The notes under the pieces are model-generated. The model was not told the origin of the DNA. It saw only the letters and a program-made list of their open reading frames with translations, and did not search any database. From the NCBI GenBank assembly GCA_951406725.2, contig OX597831.1, forward strand, positions 61,628,001 through 61,692,000: a DNA stretch of 64,000 nucleotides. The letters are read 5' to 3'. The stretch comes from Octopus vulgaris (taxonomy: Eukaryota). Position numbers and translations under genes: made by a program. Shown here in pieces: positions 35,396 to 48,992 of the stretch (its first letter is position 1; every line of letters starts with the position of its first letter).

Positions 35396-35573
35396 CATAT
35401 AGATATATACAACAGGCTTCTTTCAATTTCCGCCTACCAAATCCACTCACAAGGCTTTGGTCGGCCCGAGGCTATAATAGAAGACACTTGCCCAAAGTGC
35501 CAAGCAGTGGGACTGAACCCGGAACCATGTGGTTAGTAAGCAAGCTACTTACCACACAGCCGCTCCTGTGCCT
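35165..35573 (-). mobile_element. SINE family A
   Basis: Full head, core and tail match. Confidence 0.9.
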
Positions 35574-36317
35574 ATACTCGAGATTTTAGCTGAAGTATAT
35601 GTAAAGTATAATTTATCTATAAAATGAAATTTACATGAAAAAGAAAAAAATCTATTAAACTACAAGATTAAATTCATTTTATTGTCATTCTTTGCAAAAA
35701 TACTGCAAAATGTATGGAAGCTATCATATCAACAATGCATCCTTGATCATAGATTTATTTACTCATTCAATTAGGACTCCACTGGGGCCAAACAACAACT
35801 GTTGCATTTCAACAACAATAATATACAATAATATACATGAAATACAATATTTAATACTCTAATTACAATATGAAGTGCTGACTTTGGTTCAAGTTCACAA
35901 AGATATAAGAGGTAGGGAGGAGGTGGTGTTGTTGATTCAATCAATAGAATTATTGATTGGTATTTAGTTTGTTCCCCATCCCTACTCCCAGTAAAATGAA
36001 AGGCTAAATGAGCCCCATTGGGATTTGATATCTGAATATAAAGGAAAGTTAGTAAATGCACCGAGGCAATTCAAGCCCTTCGATTATTGTTAAAATAATT
36101 ATAAAAAGTAATAGGAATAAAATGAATTGTAAACAGACGTTCATACACACACACAGACCCATGCATTAAAAACATTGGAGTTTAGCTGCTGTGTTTAAAA
36201 TTATTATCATGATCATTAGCATTATATGCATCCTTTAGGAACACATGATGTGGCATCTTCCCTATTTTCTCTCCATGCTTCATGAAAAATATAATACTTA
36301 TTATAATCTATCTGATT

Positions 36318-36712
36318 GCGAAGACCTCACTGCTTACGAAGACCTCTGCTTGCAGAGACTTGTTGAGGCAAGTGAAATCAGAATCGAAATCGAAATCGCT
36401 CAAAAATCAATGGAAATTGTAGTTGTGATACCAGTGCCGGTCGCACGTGAAAGAACCATCCGAACGTGGCTGTTGCCAGTGCCGCCCTGACTGGCCTCTG
36501 TGCCGGTGGCACGTAAAAAGCACCAACCGATCGTAGCCGTTGCCAGCCTTGCCTGGCACATAAAAAGCACCCACTACACTCACGGAGTGGTTGGGAAGGG
36601 CACCCAGCTGTAGAAACACTGCCAGATCAGACTGGGCCTGGTGCAGCCTCCTGGTTTCCCAGACCCCAGTCGAACTGTCCAACCCATGCTAGCATGGAAA
36701 GCAGACGTTAAA
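36318..36712 (+). mobile_element. RTE-type 3' UTR / RTE-tailed repeat
   Basis: Same internal repeats and tail as 8594-9000. Confidence 0.8.
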
Positions 36713-36887
36713 CTTGCCCTGTCAGCTAATTATGCTGTTATCAAACATATGGTTCCTGCACTTAGCTTACCATTTTCATTTCTTCATAATATACAAATTT
36801 TTACACTTAATTAAGAAATTACAGGTTTTATTTTGTTATAGATGATGTTTATCAAGACTACAACCCATCCCATCGTGGCCTCATATG

Positions 36888-37298
36888 GGATCTTTTCGGT
36901 TTGAATGGCAGTTTTTAACATAATTTCTAGGTAACTAAAAAATTTTAAACTTCGTATACTGGTAGAATATGTTTATAAAACATCTTTTTCTCTTGGCTTT
37001 ATTGAGAAAATTCTATAGTTTGTAAGATATTTGTTGTTTATTTTTCTTCAATTTCTACAATTTCAACCAATCAGTGATGTCTATTGAGTTAAAAATCATT
37101 CTGTGCCGTATGAATATGTCCCTCGTTTAAGAAACAGATTGGGTTTATTTACATTTGTGAAGAAAAAAAGATTCCCTTCTCCCACCCCTAACCCTAAAAG
37201 AGATTGAAATGCAATAGATCGATGCTAGGGTCATAATTATGGGTGACAGTTTCATATGACATCGCTAGAAAAAACTGCCTTTCAAACCGAAAACATCC
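36888..37298. mobile_element. Merlin-like MITE (family of 22623), opposite orientation
   Basis: GGATCTTTTCGGTTTGAA...TTCAAACCGAAAACATCC with internal CCCTAACCCTAA. TSD not preserved. Confidence 0.85.
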
Positions 37299-38119
37299 CT
37301 TAAAATTTTCCTTAACCTCCACAAATCTAAAATATTATGCTAAAGTAATTGTTATCCAAAGCAACTATGGTAAAATTAGAGCCTAATAATAGGAATGGAA
37401 ACATGATTAAGAACCGCAAACTAAAGTCACTTAATCTGTCTTTATTTAAGCATATAATTTTTTTGACAGTAGTAGCAGTCGCTGTAGGTTACCTACTATT
37501 TTTGTTTTCAATTATTTTCAGCTTTTATATCATATTAATGATTGTCACTGAGCAACTTTACGCAGTGAAGCCAGGTGATATTAAAATAAAAAGAATAGAC
37601 TCTTGGGCATTTTACAAACATTTTGAAATTCATTTCTTGAAATAAAATAGAAAGTTTGCAAAATTAAAAAGAAAAATTAAATACTATTTTAATTATAAAT
37701 TTTTGCAAATAGTAAATGAAAATTATAAATAAATAAGAAATAACATAGAATTGTTAAAATATATAAGAGATAAACAAATATATATATTCATGGTGGAAAA
37801 CTGATAAGAATGTTTCTTCAGATTAAAAACTTTAATACAAATGAAAGAAACAGTATAAAATTTAATAAAATGTGAACATTCTAAAATCGATTAATGTAGA
37901 GTACAGCATCAATGAAAATTAGGTAATACATTTTTTTTTTTTTGGCATTGAACAGAATCTGAATAGAATACTGAAATTCTGAAAGAATAGATAAAGTATA
38001 TAGAGATGAAATATAATTAAAATGGAAAAAAAAAAAATAATTGCTTCACCCATTCATTTTAACTTCATTTGAAATAGTGTATTTAAAAGATAAATTTGTG
38101 TTAAAAAAACATTGAATAT

Positions 38120-38880
38120 GGTATGGCTGTATGGTTAAGAGGTCGCCTTCTCTTCTCTTGTACTTTTAGGTTTAGTCCCACTGTGTGACACCTTGGGCAT
38201 GGCTGCATAGTAAAAAGCTTGCTTCTCAAACACATGGTCCTGAGTTCTGTCCCATTGCATGACACTTTGGGGAAGTGTTTTCACCTATAACCTCAGGCCG
38301 ACCAAATCCTTGTGAGTGGATTTTGTGACCAAAAAATTGGAGTAAGCTTGCATGATTTGATGGTTAAAAAGTTTGCTTCCCAGCCATATGGTTTGGGGTT
38401 CAGTTTCACTGGTTTATAATTTGGAAATGGGTCTTCAGCTACAACCCTGGGGTGAGCAAAACCTTGTGAGTGGATTTTGTAAGTGGAAACTGAATGAACC
38501 CATCGTATCAACATGTGTGTCTGCGTGTGTGTGTGTATGTGCATGTGTGTATGTGCATGTGTGTGTGAGTGTGTGTGTGTATGTGTGTGTGTATGTGTGA
38601 GTGTGTGTGTATGTGTGTGTGTGTGAGTATGCGTGTGTGTGTGTGTGCATTTGTACTTGTGTCTCTTTGACTTGACATCAGTTGTATCACCATCATGCAA
38701 ATGGTGCCATTCATTTCCAGTCTTCCATGAAAACATGTCCGGCCACAGGGAAATATTACCTTGCTTGGAAACATGTGAAAGTTGTTGACAGGAAGAGCAT
38801 CTGACCATGGAAAATCTCTCTCCACAAATTCTTTGTGACCCATGCGAGTAGGGAAAAAAGAATGTTAAAATGATGATGTT
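38120..38880 (+). mobile_element. Old family-A-headed SINE with three tandem head fragments and an RTE-type tail
   Basis: Head remnants at about 38120, 38198 and 38350, internal (TG)n, and the tail ACCCATGCGAGTAGGGAAAA...GTTAAAATGATGATG. Confidence 0.6.
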
Positions 38881-38981
38881 GATAAGTACAGATGGTTAGA
38901 ATGACAACTACTCTATATTCTATCAGAGATTTAATGATTGCTTATTTGCTGCCATCTTTACCAATACAGCTAATATGAGTT

Positions 38982-39392
38982 AGGAGTGGCTGTGTGGTAA
39001 GTAGCTTGCTTAACAACCACATGGTTCCGGGTTCAGTCCCACTGCGTGGCATCTTGGGTGAGTGTCTTTTACTATAGCCTCGGGCCAACCAAAGCCTTGT
39101 GAGTGGATTTCATAGATGGAAACTGAAAGAAGCCCGTCGTATATATGTATATATATATATGTGTGTGTGTGTTTGTGTGTCTGTGTTTGTCCCTTTAGCA
39201 TTGCTTGACAATCGATGCTGGTGTGTTTACATCCCCGTTACTTAGCGGTTCGGCAAAAGAGACCGATAGAATAAGTACTGGGCTTACAAAGAATAAGTCC
39301 TGGGGTCGATTTGCTCGACTAAAGGCGATGCTCCAGCATGGTCGCAATCAAATGACTGAAACAAGTAAAAGAGAGAAAGAGTAAAGAGAGAG
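38982..39392 (+). mobile_element. SINE family A
   Basis: Full head, core and tail match. Confidence 0.92.
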
Positions 39393-40010
39393 TGCATTTT
39401 TGCACCAAAATGCCAATGTGAGAGTTTCTCTCATGGTAACTGCCACAGTAAAGTTTGTCCTAATAGTTGTGCATGTGTATGCATGTGTGTATACATGTGT
39501 GTGTTAGAGGTGATTTATCATGTTCAAGATGTTGAAAAATTGAACATTTATAAATAATTTTTACTACACATGATACGAAATTATATCAGCATGTGATATT
39601 TAGTTGTGTCACTTCTTTTTACTGAATTTGTATCATGATGATATCAAGTTTGTTTTCAGCCTTCACATCTTGATAAAATAAAAAACCAATCAAGTACTGA
39701 ATTTGATTATTCAGCTTATCTCTTTTTAAATGTTAACAATTTTTTATTATCACAATCATTATCATTACTATCAATATATCATTATTAGTAAAAATATCAA
39801 TAGTACCACCACACTATTACCATCACTACTGCTAATATACTTCACCACCACCACCACTACCACCACCACCACCACCACCACCACCACCACCATCACCACC
39901 AGCACCTTCCAAGATTTTTGAAAGGAAAGTGTGAAGTTATTCTTAAACCAGAAACCTGGCCCTGTTGCTTGTAATGAAATGGACTCTTCTGAAATATCTT
40001 ACGGTTATAT

Positions 40011-40312
40011 GTTGTTTGTTCCTTTTCGAGCCATGCTTGGCTCATAAGGGCCAGTTTCCCAGTTTCTGGCATATAGATTCCCCACCTGGATGGGACGCCA
40101 GTTCGTCGCAGGTAAGCTGCAAGATGCAGGGAGAAAGAGTGAGAGAAAGTTGTGGCGAAAGAGTCAGCAGAAGTTCGCCATTACCTTCTGTCGGAGTCGC
40201 TTGGAGCTCAGGTGTTTTCGCTCATAAACACACACATCGCTCGGTCTGAGATTCGAACCCGCGATCCCTCGACCGCAAGTCCGCTGCTCTAACCACTAGG
40301 CCATGTGTCTCC
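40011..40312 (-). mobile_element. SINE family D
   Basis: TSD CTTACGG(T/C)TATAT (39998-40010 / 40314-40326). Confidence 0.9.
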
Positions 40313-40874
40313 ACTTACGGCTATATAGTGGTGTTAAACTGGGTTATGAAGTAAGTCTGCTTTTGAAGAACAAGAGCATATAGTTTGTGACTATTAAATC
40401 ACACTCACTAGGCTTTGGTCAACTCGTGACTCTAATAGAAGTATTTTGCCTAAGCTGCATTCAGTGAGACCAAACCTAAAACTAAATAGTTGAGAAGTAA
40501 ACTTGTAAACACATAAACATGCTTGTCTCTTTAGCCTGGTAGGCAAGTCATATACATGATAATGCATTAGTTGTACTTTCAATACTTTTATTGGGTCAAT
40601 TCAATACTCTTTACATATCTCTAACAAACATGTGGCTTTTTTAATGTAAGAAATCAATATCAAAGACAGAAATCAAATCTTCTAATGCTAAATTCTCAGG
40701 ACAATTCTCCGTTATCTTTACAAACATTGACTGGCAATTGTTGACTTGTAGATGTTCAAGCCAAACATCAAGTCCCAATCTCAATAGTTTTGAATGGCCT
40801 GTAAAGTTTATCTGTGAAATTCCTGCTTCGTTAATGAAAAGAAAGAAAATTTTCTCATTGAATTTTATAGTGCA

Positions 40875-40876
40875 TA

Positions 40877-40918
<42 letters not shown>

Positions 40919-40936
40919 ATAATAATAATAGTAATC

Positions 40937-41018
<82 letters not shown>

Positions 41019-41051
41019 TAATATCAGGGAATAAAAAGTGATTTTATTCTA

Positions 41052-41092
<41 letters not shown>

Positions 41093-41110
41093 AATATATA
41101 TATGTATTTG

Positions 41111-41142
<32 letters not shown>

Positions 41143-41203
41143 AATATATATATATATATATATGCATGTATACATACACACACAGACACACAGACACACA
41201 CAC

Positions 41204-41239
<36 letters not shown>

Positions 41240-41280
41240 TTACATACACACTCACATATAATTCAATAAGTGAATATAAT
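40875..41280 (+). repeat. (TA)n, (TAA)n and (CA)n microsatellite cluster
   Basis: Direct reading of the sequence. Confidence 0.93.
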
Positions 41281-41900
41281 TAACTTATCTGAATATAAAC
41301 ACTAGATCTATTCCACAATGCAATGATTAGTATTAGCAAAAAACTTCTTTTTTTTTTTATTGCTATTCTAATCAACATTTGTTGTTGTACCCTGTCTCGG
41401 TATAAGCATGGCTTGTTATACATTTTAGTTTTATCTTTATAGTCACTTATAGTCCTGTTTATCTTTGGAAATTTTGCACTATACTTTGCAGCAGCCGTTC
41501 TTCAAGAAGGCTAAAAATACTAACTTGTGTGTGTTCCTAAAATATACAAATTGACATTTATGATAGAAATACCTCGGTATCACAGCAAAATGGTTGGAAC
41601 TAGTAGAGGAGTAAATGAATAATCAATATTTCAAAATTAATATTTTTATATTAACCAGTATTCTTGTATCAAACCACAATTTCTATTTTTATACCAGTCT
41701 CCTGATCAGTGAAAAGTAATATTAGCCTTCAAGAACACAATTCTGCCTTGGGCAATATGTTTGCTAACTAAAATACAGGCAAATCAGTCTCTCTAAGAAC
41801 AAGATAGATATTGTAAGTAAGAATATATTGGTGCCACCAACTCTAGTATCAGAAGGGCTACAGAATTTATTCAGTGGTGTTGTTGCAATGTATGTGTATG

Positions 41901-41949
<49 letters not shown>

Positions 41950-41951
<2 letters not shown>

Positions 41952-42170
41952 CGTGATCACATGACCAAAGCAGACAATCAGATGTTGGTACACATCACTG
42001 GTCACAATGCACTTTGTATTATTTTAGCCATTGAATGATGCCACCCCACTGGAGCAATATGAAATGAAGTGTTTTGCTCAAGAACACAACATGCTGCCTT
42101 GTCTGGGAATCAAGCCTACAGTCTGGCAATCCTGAGGGCAGCAGCCTAACCACGCAGCAATATGCCTCCA
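41950..42170 (-). mobile_element. SINE (family G body + family E tail) next to (TA)n
   Basis: Near-identical inverted counterpart at 47010-47232. Confidence 0.8.
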
Positions 42171-42199
42171 TGTGTCAACTGTTTCCATGGTAACAAAAC

Positions 42200-42712
42200 T
42201 AAAGTAGCCTGCGATTTCACCCAGTTTGATACCATAGATATTTACACCCTTCAATATTGAAATCCCTCTTCTCTAAAGGCCCAAGATTTTAGTGGGCAAT
42301 TCATCAAAATTAGTGTATTAAGTATCAGAACTATTATGGAAGCTAGGAAGTGATAGCAGCTTCACAATTTTTTCTGTAAAGTAAAACAAAATTTTTTTAA
42401 AGGATTAGAGATATATCTATGGGACTGACATATCTATGAGGAACTACAATGGGGTTGAGGTCACTGGCAAAATCAGTTTATTTTTCAGAACACTCTAAAA
42501 ATATAAAACGTACAACCTCATCCACCAAGTTCAGGCATGAACAGGGATGACAGCCTGGCAATTTCAAGCGATATGACTGGTTGCACGATGGATAAGTTCA
42601 TGAAGAATGTTTTAAGAATTTTCAAAGAATTTGACATAACTATAACTGTCTTTCATGACTTAAAAAAGTTTGATTTCTTGAATGTAACCCTAGAACTCAA
42701 AAAGGTAAGTAC
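42200..42712 (+). pseudogene. Penelope-like reverse transcriptase fragment
   Basis: TQFDTIDI (cf. IQFDIVDFYPSI), IRTIMEARK, DISMRNYNGVEV (cf. DVTMGSYDGAEV), GMNRDDSLA (cf. GLYRDDGLA), FDFLNVTLEL (cf. VNFLDVTLNL). Confidence 0.8.
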
Positions 42713-44929
42713 TATCAAACTGAGGGACAGGAAACTTTGCCATTCACTATGGCTTGCTAAAAAGGCAGAGTAAATAAACAATTAGTTACTTTCATAGAGA
42801 GATAAATGCAACTTTTGGTTCTGAATATAAATGTATACGATCATTATTAAAAATAGCTGAATTCAAAATCAGTTTAAATTAATAGTAAAGCCCAAAGAAA
42901 ACAATAGATGCATGTTTGGAGGTTTGTAAAGAAAGATAAAGGATTTATGTTATAATGGTTCTATTGAGAAACAAAAAAAAGTAAGATGAAAAAAGGAAGT
43001 GCCCTGTTGGAATAAACTTCTTCCCATTCAAGGGAGATAGATCTCTAGTCTGAGATATGACATGCAGTGACATATTCTCTGTGACATATTCTCGCAGCAT
43101 CAGGGACAAACCTAGGTGTCACCACCTGCCATGGGAAGGAAAGAAAATTCAATAAATTCAGGGGCCTGATTGTCTGCTGTTGAGATGTTAGATTTTCATG
43201 AACCCCACATTACTGATTTCCTCTGCAAAATTGAAATGATGGTGGCCTGTCTGAGAAATGAGCCCCATGAGTTGCTGCTGTAGTGAGTATTGTTGGCCAT
43301 TCATTACAGCAACACCATAACGGTCATTACTGCAGGGCATGGCTGAGCACACCATTTGTTCCAGGGTGTGTGGCCCATCTCTCCCCTCTACTTTCTGCTG
43401 CTTTTACATCTTTCATTTTCTTTCTTTTCTTTTATTATCTTTCTTTTTTTTTTTACCTATTTTCCTTGTAACGAGATTCCCTGATGTTATAGTTGTGAAA
43501 ACTTTCTATTTGATCTGAAAGAAGAGGGAGGGCTGTGCCCATGGCATTTCTTGGTCCTTTAAAATCATTAAAGCACAGTGCCATCAATGTTCCTCTGCAG
43601 TAGATAAAATCTGAGAGCAGTAGGAAGAACACAAGCATAAGAGGAGAATACCAGAAAGTTCATGTCTGATGAAATAAAAATAAGGTGCTGTTGGCAGGAT
43701 GGAGCTTGAGAAAGGGTATCAATATAACTGACATATGAGCTGGGAGTAATTGAATAAAGGTGACACAAGAATAACCTGCTCTGGTGCTGTAACAGCAGGA
43801 AAGGTAGAGAAAGTGTACATCATATCTGTAGGCCAGATTTTGGAGTTTGTTTCCAATTGACTTCATGCCAATCAGTTGCTTAGCCTTTTATCGGCTGTGA
43901 TCTACAATGTCTGTAAGTGTAACAGCCTGAGATGTTGAATATAAGAATTATAACACAATTTGAGAAATATTCTAAGAAACTGCCTGACAGTTACCAAAGT
44001 GATAATGGCAGTTTTGTATCATATAGCCAAAGTTTTTTGGAAAGTTTATCCATATTATGATTGTAGACCATCTGGCATCACATTTAAACAAAACAAACAA
44101 ACAAAAAAAACATTAATTTATCAAAATGTTCACAGTATTCAGTAGACCAACTGTAATTTATCAGGAATGAATTAAGAGTAAGATGCAGATGTTATATATA
44201 TTTCTCTAAGCATCTCATAAATATTCATAATGTTAAAAAAAAAACGAAAACAAAAAAAAAACTGTAAGATATGGAATGCAAAACAATTTTAGGTTAATTG
44301 TATATATATTAGTTACTGATTCTTGTCATGAAAATGAGTCAACATTTGCTGTGGAATTCTTCATAGATGAATAATTGCAGGCTTTGTTTTCAAAATTCTA
44401 ATTCAAAATGATGACAGGGTTAATGACTCAGAATTAAAGAGCTTTTGAAAGGATATTCAAAATTGGAAGATGGTCAAATGATATGGAGGTGAAGGTTCAG
44501 TGTGTATGTGCATGTGTGTGCATGTGTGTTTGTGTGTGTGTGTATGTGTGTATGTGTGTTTGTGTGTGTGTGTGTGTGAGTGTGTACACATTCATTTATA
44601 CACAGGCAGCAAGTTGAGAGCCGTCTCATTATTAAATATCCCACTATGCCACTTGTATTCATTGCAGCCTCCGGTGTTCAAATCCCATGGAGACTAACTT
44701 TGCTTTCCATCCATTTCAAGTTGATAAATAAACTGCCAGTCTAGTTGCAGTGGATTAGCAGAATAGTTAGTGCTGAACAGATGCCTTATCGTGCCTATTC
44801 TAGTTCTTTACATTCTATGTTCAAGTGCCACCTTATGTAGTAATGACTAGGATTAACCAACCGGCTATACAAGGGTGCTGCTCAACACATTATTAGCCAT
44901 CATGTATAAGTAGGCCTAAAACCAGCATC

Positions 44930-44967
<38 letters not shown>

Positions 44968-44969
44968 TC

Positions 44970-45380
44970 ATACTCTTTTACTCTTTTACTTGTTTCAGTC
45001 ATTTGACTGCGGCCATGCTGGAGCACCGCCTTTAATCGAGCAACTTGACCCCGGGACTTATTCTTTGTAAGCCCAGTACTGATTCTGTTGGTCTCTTTTG
45101 CCGAACCGCTAAGTGACGGGGACATAAACACACCAGCATCGGTTGTCAAGCAATGCTAGGGGGACAAACACAGACACGCAAACATATACATGCACACATA
45201 TATATACATATATACGACGGGCTTCTTTCAGTTTCCGTTTACCAAATCCACTCACAAGGCTTTGGTCGGCCCGAGGCCATAGTAGAAGACACTTGCCCAA
45301 GGTGCTACGCAGTGGGACTAAACCCGGAACCATGTGGTTGGTAAACAAGAGCTACTTACCACACAGCCACTCCTGTGCCT
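44970..45380 (-). mobile_element. SINE family A inserted in a (TAA)n tract
   Basis: Full match; (TAA)n/(GAT)n on both sides. Confidence 0.92.
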
Positions 45381-45381
45381 C

Positions 45382-45396
45382 ATGATGATGATGATG

Positions 45397-45430
<34 letters not shown>

Positions 45431-45491
45431 TAATAATAATAATAATACTAATGATAATAATGATAATAATAATAATAATAATAATAATAAT

Positions 45492-45535
<44 letters not shown>

Positions 45536-45555
45536 TAATAATAATGATAATAATA
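45382..45555 (+). repeat. (GAT)n-(TAA)n microsatellite (CR1 tail)
   Basis: Direct reading of the sequence. Confidence 0.95.
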
Positions 45556-45939
45556 ATGAAATTATTGTATACAGTGCTCAGGTGCACCACAACATGTCAA
45601 AAGTGCGTATAAAGCATATGCAGTAATGTACAAATGTCTGGAAAGTGAACAGTGTACGAGTCAGAAAATTGCTTGTGTGTGTTTGGAGGGGAGAAAATCA
45701 GATGTAGTGTTGGCGAATCTCAGTGAAGCAAGAAAGCTTTGAAGGATGCAGTGCTCTGACAACTAACAACATATGCCGGCAGTCTGTTCCATGCTTCAGC
45801 AACTCTTAGCACGAAAAAACTGTTTCCAAAAGTCATGGGAGCTGTGTTGTTTTCTGACTTTGTAAACATGTCCACAAGTGTTAGACAGGTGGAGTTTGAA
45901 AAGGTGCTCAGAGTTATTGTTGCTAAGATGGTTATAATT
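45556..45939 (-). mobile_element. CR1 LINE 3' end, copy a
   Basis: NTCGHVYKVRKQHSSHDFWKQFF/LRVAEAWNRLPAYVVSCQSTASFKAFL matches the CR1 pattern TRGH...FFS.RV...WN.LP..VV. Confidence 0.88.
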
Positions 45940-46078
45940 GATATGAGTTCTGTCGCGCACATATGGTTGTGATGCATGTGCCTGGTGTACCTTTATCAGA
46001 CGGGTAGTCATGATGGGTATATTGGGCCGTATATTTTACCCCAGTGTCACTTTGATGACATGAACTGCTCTCTCACTC

Positions 46079-46113
<35 letters not shown>

Positions 46114-46133
46114 TAATAATAATGATAATAATA
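45940..46133 (+). mobile_element. 3' end of a (TAA)n-tailed non-LTR element (Dong/R4-like, tentative)
   Basis: About 140 bp of unrelated sequence ending CTGCTCTCTCACTCAA(TAA)n, lying between the two CR1 copies. Confidence 0.5.
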
Positions 46134-46610
46134 ATGAAATTATTGTATACAGTGCTCAGGTGCACCACAACATGTCAAAAGTGCGTATAAAGCATATGCA
46201 TTAATGTACAAATGTCTGGAAAGTGAACAGTGTACCAGTCAGAAAATTGCTTGTGTGTGTTTGGAGGGGAGAAAATCAGATGTAGTGTTGGCGAATCTCA
46301 GGAAGCAAGAAAGCTTTGAAGGATGCAGTGCTCTGACAACTAACAACATATGCCGGCAGTCTGTTCCATGCTTCAGCAACTCTTAGCATGAAAAAACTGT
46401 TTCCAAAAGTCATGGGAGCTGTATTGTTTTCTGACTTTGTAAACATGTCCACAAGTGTTAGACAGGTGGAGTTTGAAAAGGTGCTCAGAGTTATTGCTTG
46501 TAAGATGGTTAATAATTTTATGGGTTCTTCCAAGTCAGCTGCCAGATGTCGGAGTTTCAATGTGTCCATGCCCAATAAACCAGAGGATTTCATCCAACTG
46601 CTGTGAATTA
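46134..46610 (-). mobile_element. CR1 LINE 3' end, copy b (longer)
   Basis: Nearly identical to copy a and extends to LGMDTLKLRHLAADLEE (cf. L.L.TLE.RRLR.DL). Confidence 0.88.
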
Positions 46611-46676
46611 TCAATGCTTATGTGGAAATAAAAGTGCAAATACACACAAATTTGCAGATACATGTATATATATGTA

Positions 46677-46910
46677 AAGATTCTATAATTATAAGTATAA
46701 TTATAATTAGGGTTCAGCAAAAATTGCTTCACCACATACCGAAATTTAGAAATAGCAGTTAAATAATATTCAATTTTTGCTGAACCCTAATTCTAATCAT
46801 GATTGTAATTATAGAATTTTTGTATAAGGTTACCGATAATGGTTCTTTTAACATACCAAACTACTTGGTAAAATTATTAATTATTAACTAATTAATTAAT
46901 TTTACCCTTT
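46677..46910. mobile_element. Fold-back element (probable PLE pseudo-LTR fragment)
   Basis: Arms at about 46677-46726 / 46771-46821 (AATTAGGGTTCAGCAAAAATTG and its reverse complement) with a one-sided extension. Confidence 0.6.
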
Positions 46911-47009
46911 ATTATTATTGTGTATATATGTATGTATATATATAAATATATGTGTGTGTATGTGCGTGAGCATATGTGTGTATAATACATACACACACAC
47001 ACACACACA

Positions 47010-47232
47010 TGGAGGCACATCGCTGAGTGGTTAGGCTGCTGCCCTCAGGATTGCCAGACTGTAAGCTTGATTCCCAGACCAAGCAGCACATTGTGTTCTT
47101 GAGCGAGACACTTTGTTTCATATTGCTCCAGTGGGATGGCATCATTCAATGGCTAAAATAATACAAAGTGCATTGTGACCAGTGATGTGTACCAACATCT
47201 GATAGTCTGCTTTGGTCATGTGATCACATGTT
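47010..47232 (+). mobile_element. SINE (family G body + family E tail) followed by (TA)n
   Basis: Inverted near-duplicate of 41950-42170. Confidence 0.8.
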
Positions 47233-47299
47233 ATATATATATATATATACATACACATTATACATGCACATAAATACATACACATACATTATATGTGTG

Positions 47300-47356
<57 letters not shown>

Positions 47357-47505
47357 AATTTTTTTAAAAAAATTTTTTAATAATATAAATTTTAAATTTT
47401 ATATTTTGTATATTTTGTATATTATATTAATTATATTTATTTTTATGTTTTGGTTTGTGTCTTTCACTGTTTGATTTGCTTAATAGTGGTTTTATCTCTA
47501 ATTTA

Positions 47506-47507
<2 letters not shown>

Positions 47508-47602
<95 letters not shown>

Positions 47603-47632
47603 GACACACACATACACACACTCACACACATA
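47508..47632 (+). repeat. (TA)n/(CA)n microsatellite
   Basis: Direct reading of the sequence. Confidence 0.95.
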
Positions 47633-48244
47633 TATGGTTCTGTGTAAAGGAAGAAAAAGTGAGAATGAGAATATTATGTTATTCACTTTTAACAAGATGG
47701 AAATGGTTCTCACCAACATAAAAGTCTGTCAGCTTGCTGAGACCTTCAACTGCAATGATGACTCAGTTACCATGACCACAAGATTACCTTAATGATTATA
47801 TTTATTGGTGCCAAATTCTGGTATTATTAGCTATTTCTAAAGGCAACCATATCATTACACTCTGTCTGAATATGAAAAGGATAATAATGACCAAAGAGTT
47901 TCAGGCACTTGCCTGGAAAGGACAATAGGAACAAGAAACTTCAATTACAGCCATTAGCACAATTTTGGACTCTTGCAGTTTAATATTTGCAGGGAACATA
48001 TAAAAGAAGTAATTAGTCTTTACAGGGTCACGTCAGAAAAAAAAAAAAAATATATAAAAAAAATAAAATATTTATTATGAAATATGGGAAGGTATATGCA
48101 ATAGAAGTGATAGGAAGAATTGTGCAAGTATCTAGTTATTTGGATTGATGGAGGATCCACATTCAGTAGGTGCCGAGGATGAGAGATTATTTAGAGAGGA
48201 AGAAGACACAGCAGAAGCATGTGTTGTGTAGAGAGACTGAATAG

Positions 48245-48512
48245 TTCTTTTATCTTCCATCTTTTACTTTTTACAGTCATTTGACTGTGGCCATGCTGGA
48301 GCACCACCTTGAACGATTTTTGTAGAACAAATCAATGCCAGAATTTATATTTTTTTAAAACCTAATACTTATTCTATCAGTCACTTTTTGTCAAACCACT
48401 AAGTTACAGAGATGTAAACACACCAACACCAGTTGTTGAGTAGTGGTGAGGAACAAACACAGACACAAAGACACACACATAGATATATATACATATATGT
48501 GTATGTGTATAT

Positions 48513-48587
<75 letters not shown>

Positions 48588-48765
48588 GTACCCATATATG
48601 CATGTATAGATACATATATATGTAGTATATGTAGGTATGTACATATATGTATGTATATATGCATATATTTATATATTATTTATATTATATTATATCATAT
48701 TATATTATATATATCTATATCTATATATATATATATATATATACATATTTATATTGTATTATATC

Positions 48766-48807
<42 letters not shown>

Positions 48808-48992
48808 ATTATATCATATTATATTATATATATATATATATAACAGGCTTCTTTCAGTTTCTGCTTCCAAATCCAATCACATGGCTTTGGTCAGTCCAAG
48901 GCTATAGCAGAAGACACTTGCCCAAGGTGTCACACAGTGAAATGAATTTGAAACCATGTGATTTGGAAGCAAGCTTCTTACCACACTGCCAC
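48245..48992 (-). mobile_element. Older SINE family A copy with an expanded internal (TA)n (48480-48842)
   Basis: Tail half at 48245-48480, head half at 48843-48992. Confidence 0.82.

Noticed and set aside
37349-37645. 98-aa hydrophobic ORF
   Set aside because: AT-rich composition explains the hydrophobicity; no motif or convincing splice signals.
43020-43930. Non-repetitive, coding-like stretch with several short ORFs
   Set aside because: No recognisable domain in any frame; left unannotated apart from being the source of the 47-bp copy at 51494.
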